Below are positions 1 to 13,680 of a stretch of 64,000 nt of DNA, one piece after another. The DNA lies in contig OZ024753.1 in the NCBI GenBank assembly GCA_964016885.1, positions 40,796,001 to 40,860,000 on the forward strand. Direction: 5' to 3'. A model generated the notes under the pieces. The model made no database searches. It was not told the DNA's origin and saw only the letters and a program-made list of their open reading frames with translations. This DNA comes from Eledone cirrhosa. Lineage: Eukaryota. Position 1 is the stretch's first letter, and every line of letters begins with the position of its first letter. Made by a program: the position numbers and the translations under genes.

Positions 1-54
1 TTGAAGCGATTCTTTGCTTAAACTTTAATCTGTTATTTTAATAAATATATATAT

Positions 55-123
<69 letters not shown>

Positions 124-245
124 AATATTAAAATTAAAATATAAATATAAATATAAATATATAAATATAAATTAGCGAGAATCGTATTTCAGCTTTGGAA
201 TTAGCGAAAAACACTAATGTGTTGTTATTTCCGTTTATCTTTTAC

Positions 246-335
<90 letters not shown>

Positions 336-389
336 GATAAACGGAAATAACAACACAATCGGTACAGAATATGGAAGGGATATATTGAT

Positions 390-460
<71 letters not shown>

Positions 461-462
<2 letters not shown>

Positions 463-665
463 AAGGAGTAGGACCCGGACGGCTGAGCTCAACCCATTTC
501 GACGGCTAATTCTGGACTAAAACATTTTACTCCAGAATTAGCCGTCGAAACGGCTTGAGCTCAGCCGTCGGGGTCCTACTCGTTCCTATTACCCACTCTA
601 CTACCCTAATCATTGAGTACTTTGGTGCGTTATGGTCCACCTGGTTCCTTACCACATTTCCTTCG

Positions 666-668
<3 letters not shown>
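461..668 (+). mobile_element. (TA)n-embedded Penelope/retrozyme-like 3' fragment, family P1 (3' half of a hammerhead plus inverted 5' copy)
   Basis: Hairpin GACGGCTAATTCTGGA..TCCAGAATTAGCCGTC, then GAAA-CGGCT TGAGCTC AGCCG-TC; the 5' part is an inverted copy; flanked by (TA)n; five further copies in the window. Confidence 0.75.
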
Positions 669-759
<91 letters not shown>

Positions 760-1054
760 ATCAATAGATATACATACAATATAATATATAGGAAATGAGA
801 CAATTCATGTCGGAAGGACTGCAAGACGAACAACCAGAAGAAGGAATAGAAAGATAGATAAGATAGATAAATAGAAAGAAAGTCAAAGACAGAGGAAAGC
901 AAAAGCAACCGAGGAATATAGCCAAGAGATAAACAACACATTAATGATATAAGGGTGTATTTTACTTGAGAAGAAACTATACATAGAAATGGTTATGGTA
1001 GGTGTATATATGTGTGTATATTTATCTATCTATCTATCTATCTATGAATTTATT

Positions 1055-1116
<62 letters not shown>

Positions 1117-1120
<4 letters not shown>

Positions 1121-1247
1121 CCGTCGAAACGGCTTGAGCTCAGCTGTCGGGGTCTTACTGGTTCCTATTACCCACTCTACTACCTCAAGTATTGAGTACT
1201 TTGGTGCGTTATGGTCCACCTGGTTCCTTACCACATTTCCTTCGTTA
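1117..1247 (+). mobile_element. P1 family 3' fragment
   Basis: Near-identical to 538-668, between (TA)n arrays. Confidence 0.8.
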
Positions 1248-1272
1248 TATATATATATATGTATATATATGA

Positions 1273-1392
<120 letters not shown>

Positions 1393-1752
1393 GGGGGTAC
1401 ACTCAAAAAACATTTGACAGCAGTCGAATTTTGAAAAGATTTCTGTCGTGGACATAACTAGTAATTTCCGCCTACCGTTCGCTCCCCCTTCTATATTCCA
1501 TTCTTTCAGTAAATTTGCAAGATGTGGGACAGAAGAGATGAAAGAATTCTCTTTCCTTCTAAAGATTTCCATTTCCAAAGCAAGCATTTATTCCTTTATT
1601 TACGTTACTTACTTATTCCATTCCTTCTTTGTAATTTTGTTTTATATCCTACTTTACTATTTACTATATACTCTTGTATTTTCGAATGTCTATAGATTTC
1701 GTTCTATTCAATTACACACACAGAAATACACAGAAACACACACACACAAACA

Positions 1753-1825
<73 letters not shown>

Positions 1826-1976
1826 ATATATACATAGATATTTATATATAAATATATATAAAATATATATAAATATATACATACATGTAATTGTATATAT
1901 GTATATATGTAAATATATTTATATATTTATATATAGAGAGATCTATGAATGTATATATATATATATATATATATAC

Positions 1977-2013
<37 letters not shown>

Positions 2014-2121
2014 TAATATATATATGTAACACATATATATATATAATATAATATAATATAATCTTGTTTAACTACCATTATTTTCTATTTATATTATTAT
2101 TATTATTCTTTCTTTATAATG

Positions 2122-2194
<73 letters not shown>

Positions 2195-2669
2195 TATTGT
2201 TATAATACAGGAAATTGTGTTTATATCTAGAAGACTTTGACATAGAAGTCTATAGCTATGTTCTAACACATTATTTAATACATTCTTTGGCAGTAATTTT
2301 ACGTATTGCTCAGGTTTATAATTTCCTCCTGTTTAATCATTCATTGGACATATATATCCGATAGTCATCTGTAAGACTCCTTCTGTGGAAGCCATATTTA
2401 AATTATTATAATGTCATGAAAATTGATGAGGCACAAGGCTGAATTGATGTTCACTGATATGTTTAATATATGTGTAGTCAGTAGAAATGGCAGAACGGAA
2501 CAATATAATTGACTATATATCCTTAAATTGGATGCTTCAAAATGGCCGCCGTATACATATATGACACATGTTGAACATAAATATAAATCCTCAAAGTCCC
2601 CTCTGGTATATATATCTCTATTTACCTTTCTCTAGTAGTTAAACCATATCTGTTAACCGCGTGTATGGA

Positions 2670-2806
2670 AGCGGGTAGCTTAGTGGTAAATGTGTCGGGT
2701 TTACGATCATAATTTCGTGGGCCCGATTCCTAGGCCATACTGCATGTTGTGTTCTTGACGACCAACACACTTCATATCACGTTGTTCCCAGCTGCAAATG
2801 AGTACA
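2670..2806 (+). mobile_element. Decayed tRNA-derived SINE (second family, CORE-like)
   Basis: A-box-like TAGCTTAGTGG; shares CACGTTGTTCC..AGCTG with 23574-23836. Confidence 0.55.
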
Positions 2807-3109
2807 AGCAATCGAGGATACTTTCAGGTTGAGCAGGCCTGACAGCTCCATATGCAAATACGGTTAATCAGCCCAGGTACACAGACGTAAATACTATATA
2901 TTTTCGCTTGTATTAAACTCCAGTAGAAAGCAGGGTAAGAGAAGCAGTGTTATGCTAACGGCCTTGAAACAGAAAGGCGTCGGCAGTTATCCTCTTCTGC
3001 TTCTGCTAGAATCTGCCAGATGGCGTTAGCCGCCAACTTCCAAAATTCATAGATAGAGGGTTTCAAATGTTTATTCGTAAACATATCGTATACAATTAGA
3101 TATACGAAA

Positions 3110-3155
<46 letters not shown>

Positions 3156-3157
3156 GG

Positions 3158-3232
<75 letters not shown>

Positions 3233-3306
3233 CAGTTACTGTTTTCTTTTACTCTGAGCCCACTCATATATATATATATGTATATACATATGTGTGTGTG
3301 TATGCG

Positions 3307-3359
<53 letters not shown>

Positions 3360-3394
3360 TTGTGTGTGTTTGTATGCGTATGCATCTGTGTGTG

Positions 3395-3431
<37 letters not shown>

Positions 3432-3805
3432 CACACATCATCCATCTGTTGAGCACACATGGCTAGTGACGCTACCGTGTTTATTCCTATAGCTACCAGA
3501 TCGCTCAGTCACTGTTCCTTGGGAACCAATGAGTCCAGTACCGGATGCCATCTGTCTTGGAATTAGTTCAGTTTGGTCAGTAACTACACAACCTCTAGCA
3601 GTAAATATCCTCCAACTACTACTCCAACTGGTACCCCCAATATTCCCTTACAGACCCACTTACCTCGTCCCTTTTTGTCTTCTTAGTTCTCGTATTTTTT
3701 GTTCTATTTTATTTGTATGTATTTTAAATGTAGTTTGATGTATTTTTTTTTTTTTACGTTAACTTTTAATATTTGCGCTTTCTATTTACTCACACAATGT
3801 ACTTC

Positions 3806-3882
<77 letters not shown>

Positions 3883-4013
3883 AAATATATATATATATGT
3901 ATAAATATATATATATATATATGTATAAATATATATATATATATGTATAAATATATATATATATATATGTATAAATATATATATATATATGTATAAATAA
4001 ATATATATATATG

Positions 4014-4047
<34 letters not shown>

Positions 4048-4203
4048 TAAATATATATATATATATATGTATAAATATATATATATATATATATATGTAT
4101 AAATATATATATATATATGTATATAAATATATATATATATATATATGTATAAATATATATATATATATATATATGTATAAATATATATATATATATATAT
4201 ATG

Positions 4204-4234
<31 letters not shown>

Positions 4235-4352
4235 TTATGTATAAATATATATATATATGTATATATAGTGACGAATATGTGTGAGTGTGTGTGTATGTTT
4301 ATTTGTTTGTGTGAGTGTGTTTGTTTGAGTGTGTACATATATATATTCATAT

Positions 4353-4407
<55 letters not shown>

Positions 4408-4629
4408 TATATATACTTACACACACACACACACATATCTATATAGATAGGTAGAGAAGGGTAGACAGAGAGAGAGAGTGAGTGCGAGAGAGAGAGAGAC
4501 ATTCTGAGTGTGACTGAGAGAGAGGGAGATTGGGAGATGAAGATAACAGAAAGAAAACTAATCTATACATATATGTAACCGCTTGTGTGTCGGAAAATAT
4601 GTTTTCTATTATTTCGTTAGGTGTATTGA

Positions 4630-4775
4630 GGTTTTGAGTTCAAATCCCACTGATATCTATTTTGTCTATTATCTTTCTGGGGTCGATAAAATAAAATATC
4701 AATCAATTACTTAGGTCGATGAACTTGGCTTTCTCCCTCCCTACAAATTGTCGCCTTTTGGCTAAATTAGAAATG
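4630..4775 (+). mobile_element. Meta-domain-type SINE, diverged long variant
   Basis: GAGTTCAAATCCC B box followed by GGGGTCGATAAAATAAA. Confidence 0.7.
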
Positions 4776-4796
4776 ATTGCTACATTTACTATATAA

Positions 4797-4975
4797 GGGC
4801 GTTGGATTGGCAGTATCGGTAGAGGGTCGGACGCCATGCTCTGCAGCATAGAGTTACGGCCCTTTACAGTGTGAGTTAACTTTGCCTTTCATCCTTACGG
4901 GGTCGATAAAATGAAGTACCAGTAATACACTGGGATAATTAATTGCTGGCCTTGGGCCAAAAGTAGAAACAATTA
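4797..4975 (+). mobile_element. Meta-domain-type tRNA-derived SINE
   Basis: GGATTGGCAGTATCGGTAGAG head, TTTGCCTTTCATCCTTACGGGGTCGATAAAATGAAGTACCAG core; flanking repeat TACATTTACTAT at 4781-4792 and 4977-4988. Confidence 0.88.
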
Positions 4976-5229
4976 TTACATTTACTATTATTGGTTCTGT
5001 TGTCGTCGTTGTTGTTGTTGTTGTTGTGATATTTCGAAAGATTTCAGTAGTTTCTACCCAAAAGGAAGAGTTAAGAAAAAGACGTATTTTTGCAGTGCTG
5101 TAATAATGAAACACTTTCCTCAATGATCAGACGTCACCAACTCAATTCATGTTAGTCTAATGGAAATATCATCAGAAACAAATCCACCTGCGTCTAATTG
5201 GATAGACGCACATTGGCAAATGAATAAAC

Positions 5230-5313
<84 letters not shown>

Positions 5314-5411
5314 CATATATATATATATATATATAATATACATATATATATATAATATACATTTATATATATATATATAATATACATTTATATATATATA
5401 TAATATACATT

Positions 5412-5450
<39 letters not shown>

Positions 5451-5742
5451 ATATATTGCCGCGTCTTCCTTAAATTGACTTTCTCCACAGCAATTTAAAC
5501 AGAAAAATATAATTTCCAGAAAATAAAATTAAATTGAATTCCAAGGTGATACAAGGTGCATTGGAGATGATGCCGGAAAATGTAATTTATTCGAATAATA
5601 TATGATGCATATATACAGTGCACATTTACATACAACATACGCAATTGCATACACACAAACATGCATAAGTTAAAACGTACATATATAGATACATACAATT
5701 ATGCCTGCTTGCTAAGATGTGCACACAACTACAAACATTGGT

Positions 5743-5830
<88 letters not shown>

Positions 5831-5865
5831 AAAGAACACAAGAGCGTCTACAACATATATATATA

Positions 5866-6246
5866 TGTCTAGGGCGAGTAACATTCCTGAGATCCATGGA
5901 CGAGTTCTCTCCAGCGGTCTCTGTCCCTCATTATCGCTGCCATGTCCTGCGTCTCCAAGAGACCAGTGTCTGTACTTTAACCTTGGTCTTCCTCTTCCAG
6001 TGTGTCCATGTATGGGCTCCCACAGGAGCACTGAGTGCAATGTCAACTCTGGATGTCGGTGAGCATGTCCAGCTAACCTCAGTCTCCTCTGTGTCACTTT
6101 TGAGCTGACTTTTGGGAGCCTCCCGTACAGCTCTGAGTTCTTCATCCTCAGTGTATACTGATTAATGTTCAGAGCCATCCTCAGCATTCTCGTGTAGCAC
6201 CCATCCACCATCTGAGTGAGTTTCTTGGTCAGTGTCCAAGTCTCAG
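5866..6246 (-). mobile_element. RTE-like LINE, 3' coding fragment
   Basis: Translation VDGCYTRMLRMALNI..LYGRLPKVSSKVTQRRLRLAGHAHRH..GRGRPR matches the post-RT C-terminal motif of RTE-type elements. Confidence 0.85.
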
Positions 6247-7475
6247 TATTATATGTATTATATGATCCACATATATATATATTGGTTAGTATATTTGTTG
6301 TAAAATATAGATATGTATGTATATATAATTTTTATACATATCATTTTTTATATCTACCTATCTCTCTTACATTCGGTTTATATACATATATATGCGTGAT
6401 TGTCTATTTGTGAGTTTGTGTTTTTGTCTGTGAGTCTGTTTACGAGTGTGTTTATGTGTTGTGTGTGTGTGGGAATATGGATGCACACTCATCTCCGAGT
6501 AAGTCTGTTTGAGACTATTTAAGAGAACCGTATTCGACAGTTGGTCTTTAAGCCGACCAGACACCTTCATGTATTATAGATAGAAGACTTTACCAAGAAA
6601 GTTATATATGTTCACGTCCATATGCTGTCTAGTATACTCATATATATATATATCTGAGTCTTGTTAATCCTCCAATTGATTTGCTGACGTGAACTACATG
6701 TTACGCTGTTTGTAATAGTGAACTTACTACAGTCAAACTTGTGCCTGGCCTTATAAATATTTTGATGACTAATCCCGCTATCTTTAGAACGCTTTACACT
6801 ACTACAAATACCACAATTTAACATATGTTTCTCAAAATTCCTTCAGGAACAGTATCTAACTCAAAATATTCCTGTGAGATGGATACTTACAGTTACTTCA
6901 CCAAAGAGCAACTATTTTCACCATTGTTTGCGATGTAAATATTTCTTTCGCAATTGTCTTCAGGTATTTGCATATCAAATGATTTCAAAGAGGACTTTTG
7001 CACAATATTTATACCGTAGCTTTGGCTAAAGTTAGGGACTCTTTCAACCTCTGTTTCGGGATCATCTGAGCTGTCAGGGCTGTTCTGACCAGTTTCTTGT
7101 ACTATGTTGATTGCACTAGGCTGAGCTCTTCTGGCCGGGATGGTTGGCTTTGCCTGTTCCTTGGACTCATTGCGATAATCTGCTTTGGCCCGAATAGTGG
7201 AGCTGGATAAGATCTTCTGGCCTTACTGGGCTGGATAATTCCAGTAAACCAGTTCCACCCATCCGTCCATGATCGCAGGTTCAAGCCTTGCCGACATAAT
7301 CAAGACTGAAGATCAGGCCGAAATGACCGGAATGTCCTGTCAGGTTTCAGCTAGCCTGCGAGACCTGGTTGATGAGAGCTGCACTGTCTGGCGTGGCTGA
7401 ACTAGGAGGGGAGATTTACAGGTGAAAAACCCATGGTTATATATATATATATATAATATATATACGTATGTATAA

Positions 7476-7538
<63 letters not shown>

Positions 7539-8019
7539 TGTATATATATAAATACACACACACAATCACACACACAATCACACACACATATGTATTGCAT
7601 ATGTATATATGTAAGTATATATATATATATATAATTATATACTCTTATACATAGACATATACATATATATATATATATACATATACATACATTTATACAC
7701 ACACACACGCACATACTTACATATACACATACACACAAAAGTTTTTTTTCTTATCTGCTCAGTCAGTGTTTTGTTATTTTTTGCCATTCATGCAGTTATT
7801 GTTACAGACCACGTGTGCCCTACCGTAGGGCAGTGACGCGTGTGGACACCGTGGCTCGGACACGCGTTTTCCATTGCAGGAGGTCTTATTTGATGTAACC
7901 TTCCGAGATGACAATCCCTCAGCACATGTTGGTGTTTTCTTTGTTTTCTACTTTTCATTGTTGTTTTTCTTCCCCCTTTTTTCTTCTTATTCGTAACTAA
8001 TGGTCTAATATTATTATAT

Positions 8020-8200
8020 TGGCAGAATCGTTAGAGGGTCTGACGCCATGCTTTGCAGCATAGAGTTACGGCCCTTTCCATTCTGAGTTCAAAATCCAGC
8101 CGAGGTTAACTTTGCCTTTCATCCTTACAGGGTCGATAAAATAAAGTACCAGTAATACACTGGGTAATTTGCTGACCTTGTGCCTAACGTAGAAACAATT
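8020..8200 (+). mobile_element. Meta-domain-type SINE
   Basis: Same head, core and 3' end as 12406-12589. Confidence 0.88.
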
Positions 8201-8333
8201 ATTATATTATATCTATATACGCTTTTTTCGCTCTTCGTCTCTCTTTCTTTCTTCAAACTGATGTGATTCTCTCTCACCCCCTCTCTCTTACCCTCTCTGA
8301 CACACACACACACACACTCTCTCTGTCTCTCTC

Positions 8334-8389
<56 letters not shown>

Positions 8390-8615
8390 CATACACATAT
8401 ATATATATATGAATGGATGAGTGTGTGTGTGTGTTCGTGTATTTATATTTATAAGCGGATATTTGGCTATACACACTAACACACACACTTACACAAACAC
8501 ACACAGATGCACGTGCGCACACACACACACATATTTATGTGTATATATTCATATATATATGCATATATATATGTATGTGTGTATATATATATATATGATG
8601 GGTCCGTCAACTCCT

Positions 8616-8715
<100 letters not shown>

Positions 8716-9026
8716 ATATACATATATGTGTATGTAAATAGAATTCACACGAACCTGCATCACGGTAAATTCGCAAATGAGGGCAACGCTAGCCAACACG
8801 CACCTTCATAAATGGACAACCATGAAATATTTAGTTGAACCCCGAACTATTGCTGTATATAACCCTTACATAAATGTAGAGGGTGGCTTTCATATGATGC
8901 ATTGGTCGTCTGTTCAGGGGCTGGCGTCATTCTTAATGCCCAAGTGTGTGTCTAGCTCTTCCAGTCTCTCCCATGTATACTCATATTGATGTAATATATT
9001 CATATGTATTATATATATATATATAA

Positions 9027-9105
9027 TTTCATCCTTACGGAGTCGATAAAATAAAGTACCAGTAATGCACTGGGTAATTGTTGGTCTTGTGCCAAAAGTA
9101 GAAAC

Positions 9106-9110
<5 letters not shown>
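9027..9110 (+). mobile_element. Meta-domain-type SINE, 3' half
   Basis: TTTCATCCTTACGGAGTCGATAAAATAAAGTACCAG..GTAGAAACAATTA. Confidence 0.85.
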
Positions 9111-9172
<62 letters not shown>

Positions 9173-9175
<3 letters not shown>

Positions 9176-9216
9176 TCCGGAGCAGAAACTTGTGGGTTCG
9201 AATCCCACCAGGGTCG
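9173..9216 (+). pseudogene. tRNA-Arg(CCG)-like 3' half
   Basis: T-CCG-GA-GCAG anticodon arm remnant, T arm GTGGG-TTCGAAT-CCCAC, acceptor strand CAGGGTCG; 5' half absent, replaced by (TA)n. Confidence 0.7.
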
Positions 9217-9220
9217 AAAT

Positions 9221-9271
<51 letters not shown>

Positions 9272-9441
9272 CATGTATCTATATTTTTTGAATTTTTGTG
9301 AAATTTTATGTGATTCTGTAACGAACTATATATTCTTACATTCTATACAGATTGTCTCTTGTTAAAGTTTATATGTCCTATTGTATATTTATATATATAT
9401 CATTAGATATTTATGTATATATGTCATTCACTATATTGTAA

Positions 9442-10188
<747 letters not shown>

Positions 10189-10639
10189 GTGTATGTATGT
10201 ACGTTTATATATATATATATATATATACTCACCCACTCATACATACATATATAAACACACCCATACATAATACCTATTTGTCGACTTAACGTACCGAGGG
10301 GTTAGCAGTATTTTTCCGAGTCACCGCCTGGCACATGTAGTGTAATTGATAGCAGTACATATATACTCAACAGCTGAGGTTGTTAGTTGAGCTGAGAACA
10401 ATACATACAGGATCACCTGCCCAATGAAACACACAGTCAGTATATTTTAATCTACGGATGTTCTTTGCTACTAGTTAATCCAATATGTCGTCACACCCAG
10501 GACATATTTATCTTTCTTTTTCACATTTATGTAATCATCAAAGATTTTTAATTTAACTTTGTAAATATTTGCAATATGTAAGATAGAGAGGTTGGCATGG
10601 GTGTCGATTTGTAGATAGATAGAGAATTAGATAGATAGG

Positions 10640-10694
<55 letters not shown>

Positions 10695-10788
10695 GTAGAT
10701 AGATAAATAGATATCTTAGATAGATAGAGATAGATAGGTAGATAGATATCTTAGATAGATAGATATAGAGAGTTAGATAGATAGATAG

Positions 10789-11140
10789 ATTTCTCTATTT
10801 GCCACAAGGACGCACAATAAAAGGGGACAATACAAAGACATATGGCGGGAGTTTTACATACAGTCGTGTAAAAAAAATGTTAACATGAAAATATAACAAT
10901 CGAAATCCTCAATAGGGGAGAGGCGTTACAAATGGGTTGTTTTATACCCCGTAGATAGAACAACCCTCAACTCTAGGAGCATGTTGTGCAAGTGCTCCTT
11001 TCTTCTTTTCGCTCTCTTCTTCAACCTACAGGTTTATATACAAAGAAGGCCCAATCACTCGGGCCATTTTCGCAATATTCACCCACCTTTCAGTAAATAT
11101 ACTGGGGTGCAGTACCTCTCACTCCACTCTGATTCTCCGA
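10789..11140 (-). mobile_element. Tx1/L1-clade LINE 3' end in (GATA)n
   Basis: Minus strand encodes RVEREVLHPSIFTERWVNIAKMARV, homologous to 51848-52366; 3' UTR ends CCTTGTGGCAAATAGAGAAAT then (CTAT)n. Confidence 0.8.
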
Positions 11141-11214
11141 AGATAAAGAGTTAGATAAATAGATAGGTAGTTAGCTACATAGATAGATAGATTAGATAAA
11201 TAGATCGATAGATA

Positions 11215-11322
11215 AATCCCGCCGAGGTTAACTTTGCCTTTCATCCTTACGGGGTCGATAAAATAAAGTACCAGTAATGCACTGGGTAATTGCTGGCCTT
11301 GTGCCTAAAGTAGAAACAATTA
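11215..11322 (+). mobile_element. Meta-domain-type SINE, 5'-truncated
   Basis: Core and 3' end match the family consensus. Confidence 0.88.
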
Positions 11323-11508
11323 TTTATATAACTGAGAATGATAAAAAAAAAAAACTTTTCTGTTGTGAAAAAGAAAAAAGTAACGAAACTTTCTTCTTTT
11401 GAATAGTAAAAACCATTGAAGTAGAAACTAAGTGGCTAATCAGCCTGTTAGAAATAGCAGCCAAATCACTATCAAATCCTGTGTACTTTTACCGTTTTCT
11501 TTCTCGTT

Positions 11509-11563
<55 letters not shown>

Positions 11564-11709
11564 CAGGGATGGGGGATTCGGAAAGGATGATTCAGTCAGT
11601 GGTGGTCACGGAACTGGAATGTCTTTGATTGTTAGTTGTTACTTCTACTCAATCTCATAGTTGACCTGACCTTGAAGACATTAAGAATTGCAACAAACAC
11701 AACAACAAA

Positions 11710-11808
11710 CTTTATTTTATCGACCCCGTAAGGATGAAAGGCAAAGTTAAGGGACGTAAAGGGACGTAACTCTATGCTGGAAAGCATGGCGTCCGACCCT
11801 CTACTGAT
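11710..11808 (-). mobile_element. Meta-domain-type SINE, internally deleted
   Basis: Reverse complement of head and core. Confidence 0.8.
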
Positions 11809-12405
11809 ATAAAATATTACCACAGGATCATATTAGGGAGTAGTAGTAGTAGTAGTAGGGACAGGATCAATAAACATACACACACACACATACGCACGTA
11901 CATATAACACAGAAACCCCTACAACTACAAATTCGCTAACAACAACAACGACTAATAAAAGAAATCTTGATAGAAAAAAATAACATAATAGAAAGAAAGA
12001 AATATATACAACAACAACAACAACAACAACAACAATAACAAAAAAACAACATTGAAACAAACCAAAAAATAGCAAGGCTATTAATTACAATCTATAGAAG
12101 CCGACACCTGGTGTTAGCTGCCTGGGTAGTGTGCTCAGTATGTAGAACGTAGATCAATGTTTGAAAACACCATTAACATATCCTGTGGACGTCTCAGCTG
12201 CAAACCAGGCGATACGCAGCTGCACAACCATTAGAGGGAGCTAAGATCCCAAATGAACACCTAACTAGAATCCCTACAAATTAATATCTTATGTTCACAG
12301 CCAGCTATTAACACAAGAAACAATATTTAATAAATAAAAGATATAAGAAAAAGGAAAAAAAAATACAAAAAATATAATAATATAACATTATTTTAATAAG
12401 AATAT

Positions 12406-12589
12406 GGCGGTGGATTGGCAGTATCGGTAGAAAGTCGGACGCCATGCTTTCCAGCATAGTTACGTCCCTTTACGATCTGAGTTCAAATCCCGTCGAGGTT
12501 AACTTTGCCTTTCATCCTTACGGGGTCGATAAAATAAAGTACCAGTAATGCACTGGGTATTTGCTGGCCTTGTGCCAAACGTAGAAACA
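12406..12589 (+). mobile_element. Full-length Meta-domain-type SINE with 19-bp TSD
   Basis: A/B boxes, core; ATTATTTTAATAAGAATAT at 12387-12405 and 12590-12608. Confidence 0.92.
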
Positions 12590-13028
12590 ATTATTTTAAT
12601 AAGAATATTTCTGATTTCTTATTTGACGAGAGAGCGGGACAATAATTAGGTTTTGTAGAGTGTACACAGCCCTTACAGAAATAGGAATAGTAGAGGGATC
12701 TAAACTATTTATATAAATATTTATAATAAAAAAATGATATGGTCATGTGTGAAGATGTTATAAAATAGGTTATAAAACGGGATGAAGACCCTTAAAGACG
12801 GGAAAAAATATTTACATCGGCCGCTAGGATGTAGCGAACCCCAAGATCTATCATATATATATATATAGAGAGAGAGAGAGAGTGAGAGAGAGAGAGAGAG
12901 AGAGATGTAAAATCCTGATCGTGGTGCCCAGCGATTTCGGCTTTTGTGGTCAGCAAGCCTTTTTAAAGGTGTAGTGGTCTCCCCGTAGTCTTAGCCCCGC
13001 AGACTCTCTCTCTCTCTCTCCCTCTCTA

Positions 13029-13070
<42 letters not shown>

Positions 13071-13171
13071 CAGGGTCTTCTTTAAAATGTAGACACATTT
13101 CAACACCATTCTAATAAATATTGTCCGTACAGGTAATCAAAGCGTGTATACATTTTTGGAGGGTCACCCTG
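13071..13171. mobile_element. Tc1/mariner-type MITE (~100 bp)
   Basis: TA-CAGGGT...ACCCTG-TA termini; homologous to 16894-16995. Confidence 0.7.
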
Positions 13172-13234
13172 TATATATGCAAGTATATATTTTCTTACAT
13201 ATACAGCTACCTTGCTGTAATTTTCCACGTCCCC

Positions 13235-13266
<32 letters not shown>

Positions 13267-13680
13267 CTATATCCCTCTCAAAGAACAGGCCCTCATTGTT
13301 GTTCTTCTCTCTGCGGTCGATAAATTAAGAACCAGTCATGAATGAAATTTAATCTCTTTTTATTCCTCTGCAACAAAATGAAATATATAATTAACCGCAG
13401 TGTGATTAATTATTTAATTATTTACACATTATTAATGATATTATTCATATCATTCTTATTATTATTGTTTGCTCGTCAGAATCAGTAGAGCGTCAGGCAG
13501 ATCATGATCAATCTCCTTTAGTTCTGAGTTCAAATCAAGTTATGGTCAACGTTTCCATTCATTCTTCATGGATCGATAAATGACGTCACATTCAAAGACT
13601 GTTTCTATTTAATCGATATTCCTCTCCTGCCCTTGTATCATTAATAGTAGATGTAGGGTGGTCGTGGATTGGCAGAATTG

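Noticed and set aside
2416-2455. TTGATGA-GGCACAAGGCT-GAAT hammerhead-like string
   Set aside because: Two uncompensated core mismatches; cannot be supported without other copies
12406-12500. SINE heads as tRNA genes
   Set aside because: A/B boxes are present but there is no cloverleaf, and they are fused to SINE bodies
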